This document shows, piece after piece, positions 60,985-64,000 of a stretch of 64,000 nucleotides of DNA. Both the position numbers and the translations under genes were made by a program. The notes under the pieces were generated by a model. It made no database searches. It saw only the letters and a list, made by a program, of their open reading frames with translations, and was not told the origin of the DNA. Origin of the DNA: an uncultured Candidatus Saccharibacteria bacterium (GTDB lineage: Bacteria > Patescibacteriota > JAQUNI01); the NCBI GenBank assembly GCA_964555185.1, contig CAZKRD010000001.1, forward strand, positions 303,272 to 367,271. Direction: 5' to 3'. Every line of letters begins with the position of its first letter. The stretch's first letter is position 1.

Positions 60985-61066
60985 GATTTTGGGTGATTTT
61001 TTTGTTTTCGATTTGCTCGAACCTTTGTTTTGGTTTAGGGAAAATAAATTTAGTTAAAATTTAAGA

Positions 61067-61180
61067 TGAAAGTAAGGTCTTCGGTCAAGAAAATTTGCAA
61101 GAAATGCAAGGTCCTGCGGCGCAAGGGCAAGGTTTTTATAGTCTGTGAAAATCCCAAACACAAACAGAGGCAGGGATGAT
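61067..61180 (+). CDS. rpmJ: 50S ribosomal protein L36
   Basis: A 37-aa ORF, absent from the track because it is shorter than the cutoff. [37 protein letters not shown], with the C-x2-C...C...H zinc ribbon. Confidence 0.85.
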
Positions 61181-61254
61181 GATTAGTTCAAAGTTCAAAA
61201 TTAAAAGTTTTGAATTCAATTTTGAATTTTGGACTTTTAACTTTTAACTAAGAT

Positions 61255-61644
61255 ATGGCTCGGATTGCGGGAGTGGTATTGCCCCAAGACAAGAGAATAG
61301 AGATTGGTTTAACTTCCATCTATGGCGTGGGACGGTCTTTAGCTAATAAGATTTTAGAGAAAGCTCGGATTGATCCAGACAAGCCGGTCTCTGCCCTGAC
61401 AAGCGAAGAAGAAGGAAAATTGAGAGAGATCATTGAAGCCGAGCATAAAGTTGAAGGTGATTTAAGAAGAATGATTTCTTTACATATTAAACGTTTAAAA
61501 GACATTGCTTCTTACCGGGGCTTGCGACACAGCAAGGGTCTTCCTGTGCGGGGTCAGAGAACGCGGACGAATTCGCGGACCGTGAGAGGAAATATACGTA
61601 AGACAGCTGGTAGCGGCCGCCGGTCGTCGACAGAGAAAACGTAA
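61255..61644 (+). CDS. rpsM: 30S ribosomal protein S13
   Basis: [34 protein letters not shown]... and the basic C-terminal tail. Confidence 0.9.
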   Translation: MARIAGVVLPQDKRIEIGLTSIYGVGRSLANKILEKARIDPDKPVSALTSEEEGKLREIIEAEHKVEGDLRRMISLHIKRLKDIASYRGLRHSKGLPVRGQRTRTNSRTVRGNIRKTAGSGRRSSTEKT

Positions 61645-61717
61645 GGATATGAATCATGAATAATGAATTTTGCCTGCCGAAGCTCATGGGCGTAGGCAGG
61701 AATTAGGAGTTTTGAAT

Positions 61718-62173
61718 ATGGGGAAGAAGAAAATCAAGACAATTGAATCTGATGCGACAACCGAAGCCAGGCAGGTAGAGAAGCTCACAGCCCAACTTGC
61801 GCATAAGCGGAAGAAGGTGCGCAAGTATGTGCCGCATGGGTGTGCTTATATTTACGCTACTTATAATAACACAATAGTGAGTCTAACAGATCAGGGGGGC
61901 AATGTGGTCGCTCAAAGTTCAGCTGGCCGTTTAGGATTCAAGGGAGCAAAGAAGTCCACGCCCTATGCCGCAGGAAGAGTGGTTAAAGTAGCGGCTGAAA
62001 AAGCCCAGTTGTATGGCCTAGAAAAGGTTGATGTTTTCTTGAAGGGGATTGGCGCCGGCAGAGAAGCGGCAGTACGTGCTTTGGCTGCAAACGGCTTGAC
62101 GGTTTTATCAATTAAAGACACAACTCCAATCCCCCACAATGGCTGCAGGCCCAAAAAAGCGAGGAGAGTGTAG
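61718..62173 (+). CDS. rpsK: 30S ribosomal protein S11
   Basis: GCAYIYATYNNTIVSLTDQGGNVVAQSSAG...PHNGCRPKKARRV. The ATG at 61718 with an AGGAG RBS is used in place of the track start at 61670. Confidence 0.9.
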   Translation: MGKKKIKTIESDATTEARQVEKLTAQLAHKRKKVRKYVPHGCAYIYATYNNTIVSLTDQGGNVVAQSSAGRLGFKGAKKSTPYAAGRVVKVAAEKAQLYGLEKVDVFLKGIGAGREAAVRALAANGLTVLSIKDTTPIPHNGCRPKKARRV

Positions 62174-62318
62174 AGTGCAAATTTTTAATTTTTAGTTTTT
62201 AATTTTTATTTAATTTTTAAACATTGATCTTAAATTTTACTGTTTAAGAACTAAACCATTAGAAATTAAACATTCAATAAAAATTAAGAATTAATAATTA
62301 AGAATTGATAATTAGGAA

Positions 62319-62945
62319 ATGGCTAAACAAACAGGTCCTAAATGTCGTCTTTGCCGCCGGGAAGGAGTAAAACTTTTTCTGAAAGGTTCTAGGTGCCTTG
62401 GCCAGAAGTGCGCAATGGTGCGCAAAAATTACATCCCGGGCAATCAAGGAACAAAGGCAGGATACAAGAGATTATCTGAATATGGTTTGCACTTGCGTGA
62501 AAAGCAGAAATTACGTCGTGTTTATGGTGTTTTAGAAAGACAATTCAGGCGTTATTATTTTCAGGCGAGTAGAAAAAAAGGGATTACCGGCGATATTTTG
62601 TTTCAAGTTTTGGAGTCACGTTTAGATAACGTGGTTTACCGGGCCAACTTTGCCGCCTCGCGGAGTCAGGCAAGACAGCTTCTAAATCACAGCTTCTTTT
62701 TGGTTAATAGCAAAAAAGTCAACATCCCTTCTTATCAAGTGAAAGAAAAGGATAAGATCAGTTTAACCCCGCGGGCCCAGAAGACTAAATATTTTAAAGA
62801 ATTACAACTTCCCGTAAAAGGGACCTGTGTTTGGCTGGAGGTTGACCGTAAGAAAAAGGAAATCAGGGTTTTGCGCAAACCATCTATTTCCGATGTTGAT
62901 CAATCGATTGACATGGCTTTGATTGTTGAATATTACTCTCGTTAA
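62319..62945 (+). CDS. rpsD: 30S ribosomal protein S4
   Basis: MAKQTGPKCRLCRREGVKLFLKGSRCLGQKC zinc-binding N-terminus and an S4 RNA-binding domain. Confidence 0.9.
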   Translation: MAKQTGPKCRLCRREGVKLFLKGSRCLGQKCAMVRKNYIPGNQGTKAGYKRLSEYGLHLREKQKLRRVYGVLERQFRRYYFQASRKKGITGDILFQVLESRLDNVVYRANFAASRSQARQLLNHSFFLVNSKKVNIPSYQVKEKDKISLTPRAQKTKYFKELQLPVKGTCVWLEVDRKKKEIRVLRKPSISDVDQSIDMALIVEYYSR

Positions 62946-63036
62946 TATTTTTAAGATCATAATTTCAAAAAAGATGCGAAGGTTTAAGAAATAGGATTCT
63001 CTATTTCCTGAATTGGGTATCTTTTACTAGAATAAG

Positions 63037-64000
63037 ATGGAAAAGATCAAATTACCTAAGCGTATTGAAGTAACCAAAGCCAAAGCCAACAAAGCCACTT
63101 TGGTGATTGAACCCTGCTTTCCTGGCTATGGCTTGACTTTGGGCAATGCTCTAAGAAGGGTGCTTCTTTCTTCTTTGTCCGGGGGTGCGGTAACCAGCAT
63201 CAAGATTAAGGGTGTCGATCATGAATTCTCCACTCTTCCTTATGTTCGTGAGGATGTAGTGGAAATTATTTTAAATTTGAAACAGTTGAGGGTCAAGGTT
63301 CACAAAGAAGAGCCAGTGAAATTTACCCTCAAGGTCAAAGGAGAAAAAGAAGTTAAAGCCTCTGATTTCAAAACGGGGAGCGATCTAGAGATCGCAAATC
63401 CAGATCTTCACATCGCCAGTCTCACCGACAAAAAGGCCGAGCTAGAGATGGAACTTCAAGCTCTCAAAGGGCGTGGCTACCAGTCTGTGGAGCAAAGAGA
63501 AGGAGAGAAGAGAGAAATCGGCGAGATTGCGATAGACGCAATCTTTACGCCGGTTAAAAAGGTGAACTGTAATATTGAGAACATCCGGGTAGGAGAGATG
63601 ACTAATTTTGACAAACTAAAGATGGAGGTTGAGACCGATGGCACAATTTCTGCCAAAGAAGCCATGGAAGAGGCGTCTCAAATTCTGACCGATCACTTTT
63701 CTCTTTTGGGCGGAATAAAGGTGAGAAAGGCCGAATCCAAAAAGACCTCAAAAGAGAGAAGCAAGGGCGTTAAGAAAAAAGTGAAATCGCCAAAGAAAGC
63801 CCTTGTGGAAAAAGTAGAAGATTTATTTTTGGAAGAGCTGAAGTTTTCAGCCCGCACATTCAATGCTCTGAAAAAGAAAAAGATTCGACGGGTTAAGGAT
63901 TTGGCCAAGATGACGGAAAAAAGATTGAGCAGTCTCTCGGGCATTGGGGCCGCGACGGTAAAAGAGGTCAAAAGAGTCTTGGGCCGCAAAGGCATCCTTT
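63037..64000 (+). CDS. rpoA: DNA-directed RNA polymerase alpha subunit (3' partial at window end)
   Basis: MEKIKLPKRIEVTKAKANKATLVIEPCFPGYGLTLGNALRRVLLSSLSGGAVTSIKIKGV... The HhH-like alpha-CTD KFSARTFNALKKKKIRRVKDL lies near the end. No stop occurs before position 64000. Confidence 0.85.
   Translation, partial: MEKIKLPKRIEVTKAKANKATLVIEPCFPGYGLTLGNALRRVLLSSLSGGAVTSIKIKGVDHEFSTLPYVREDVVEIILNLKQLRVKVHKEEPVKFTLKVKGEKEVKASDFKTGSDLEIANPDLHIASLTDKKAELEMELQALKGRGYQSVEQREGEKREIGEIAIDAIFTPVKKVNCNIENIRVGEMTNFDKLKMEVETDGTISAKEAMEEASQILTDHFSLLGGIKVRKAESKKTSKERSKGVKKKVKSPKKALVEKVEDLFLEELKFSARTFNALKKKKIRRVKDLAKMTEKRLSSLSGIGAATVKEVKRVLGRKGIL

Overview
This 64-kb window is almost entirely + strand coding, and its gene content and style (small genes, AT-rich intergenic DNA, DUF4012, sigma-70 region-4 proteins, VirD4-like ATPase) suggest a CPR/Patescibacteria-like genome; this taxonomic call is inference only. 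Housekeeping blocks: (i) a cell-envelope glycan locus (GT1/GT4, O-antigen-ligase-like, two GT2s, a secreted repeat protein, DUF4012) from 1.3 to 11.3 kb; (ii) eno-gpmI-PfkB kinase; (iii) ftsW-murG-murC-(infA, minus strand)-murB; (iv) secA-secD-secF; (v) a sigma-r4 HTH protein, a membrane protein plus VirD4/TraD-like ATPase, rubrerythrin, a membrane-anchored ClpB/C-like AAA+, a tandem zinc-ribbon protein, mnmA and alaS; (vi) the end of the ribosomal alpha operon, infA-rpmJ-rpsM-rpsK-rpsD-rpoA (60.7-64 kb). The accessory part is a roughly 13.4-kb island (38.5-52.0 kb) starting right after tRNA-Pro(CGG). It is an array of single-gene, + strand cassettes: RadC/JAB-MazG-DUF2075 nuclease-helicase operon, two small overlapping ORFs, a degenerate NUDIX, DUF559 endonuclease, GNAT, DedA/TVP38, a GC-rich purD-recQ block, and two unknowns. 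The cassettes are separated by at least three short repeat families (A, B, C), one of them MITE-like with terminal inverted repeats; no integrase is present in the window. Genome-wide, intergenic regions upstream of start codons are built from degenerate heptamer (7-bp) tandem repeats whose 5' and 3' halves are reverse complements, and related words and elements occur in frame inside alaS, mnmA and a GT1 gene. Further items: a 46-bp palindromic element in two inverted copies (20.37 and 57.26 kb) with a derivative inside alaS; a 14-bp-arm operator-like palindrome at two promoters (25.70 and 54.42 kb); roughly 140-bp direct repeats flanking the ClpB/C-like module; two infA genes. All coordinates are 1-based and CDS ends include the stop codon. 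Several ORF-track starts are TTG/GTG and were moved to the nearest in-frame ATG where homology supported it.
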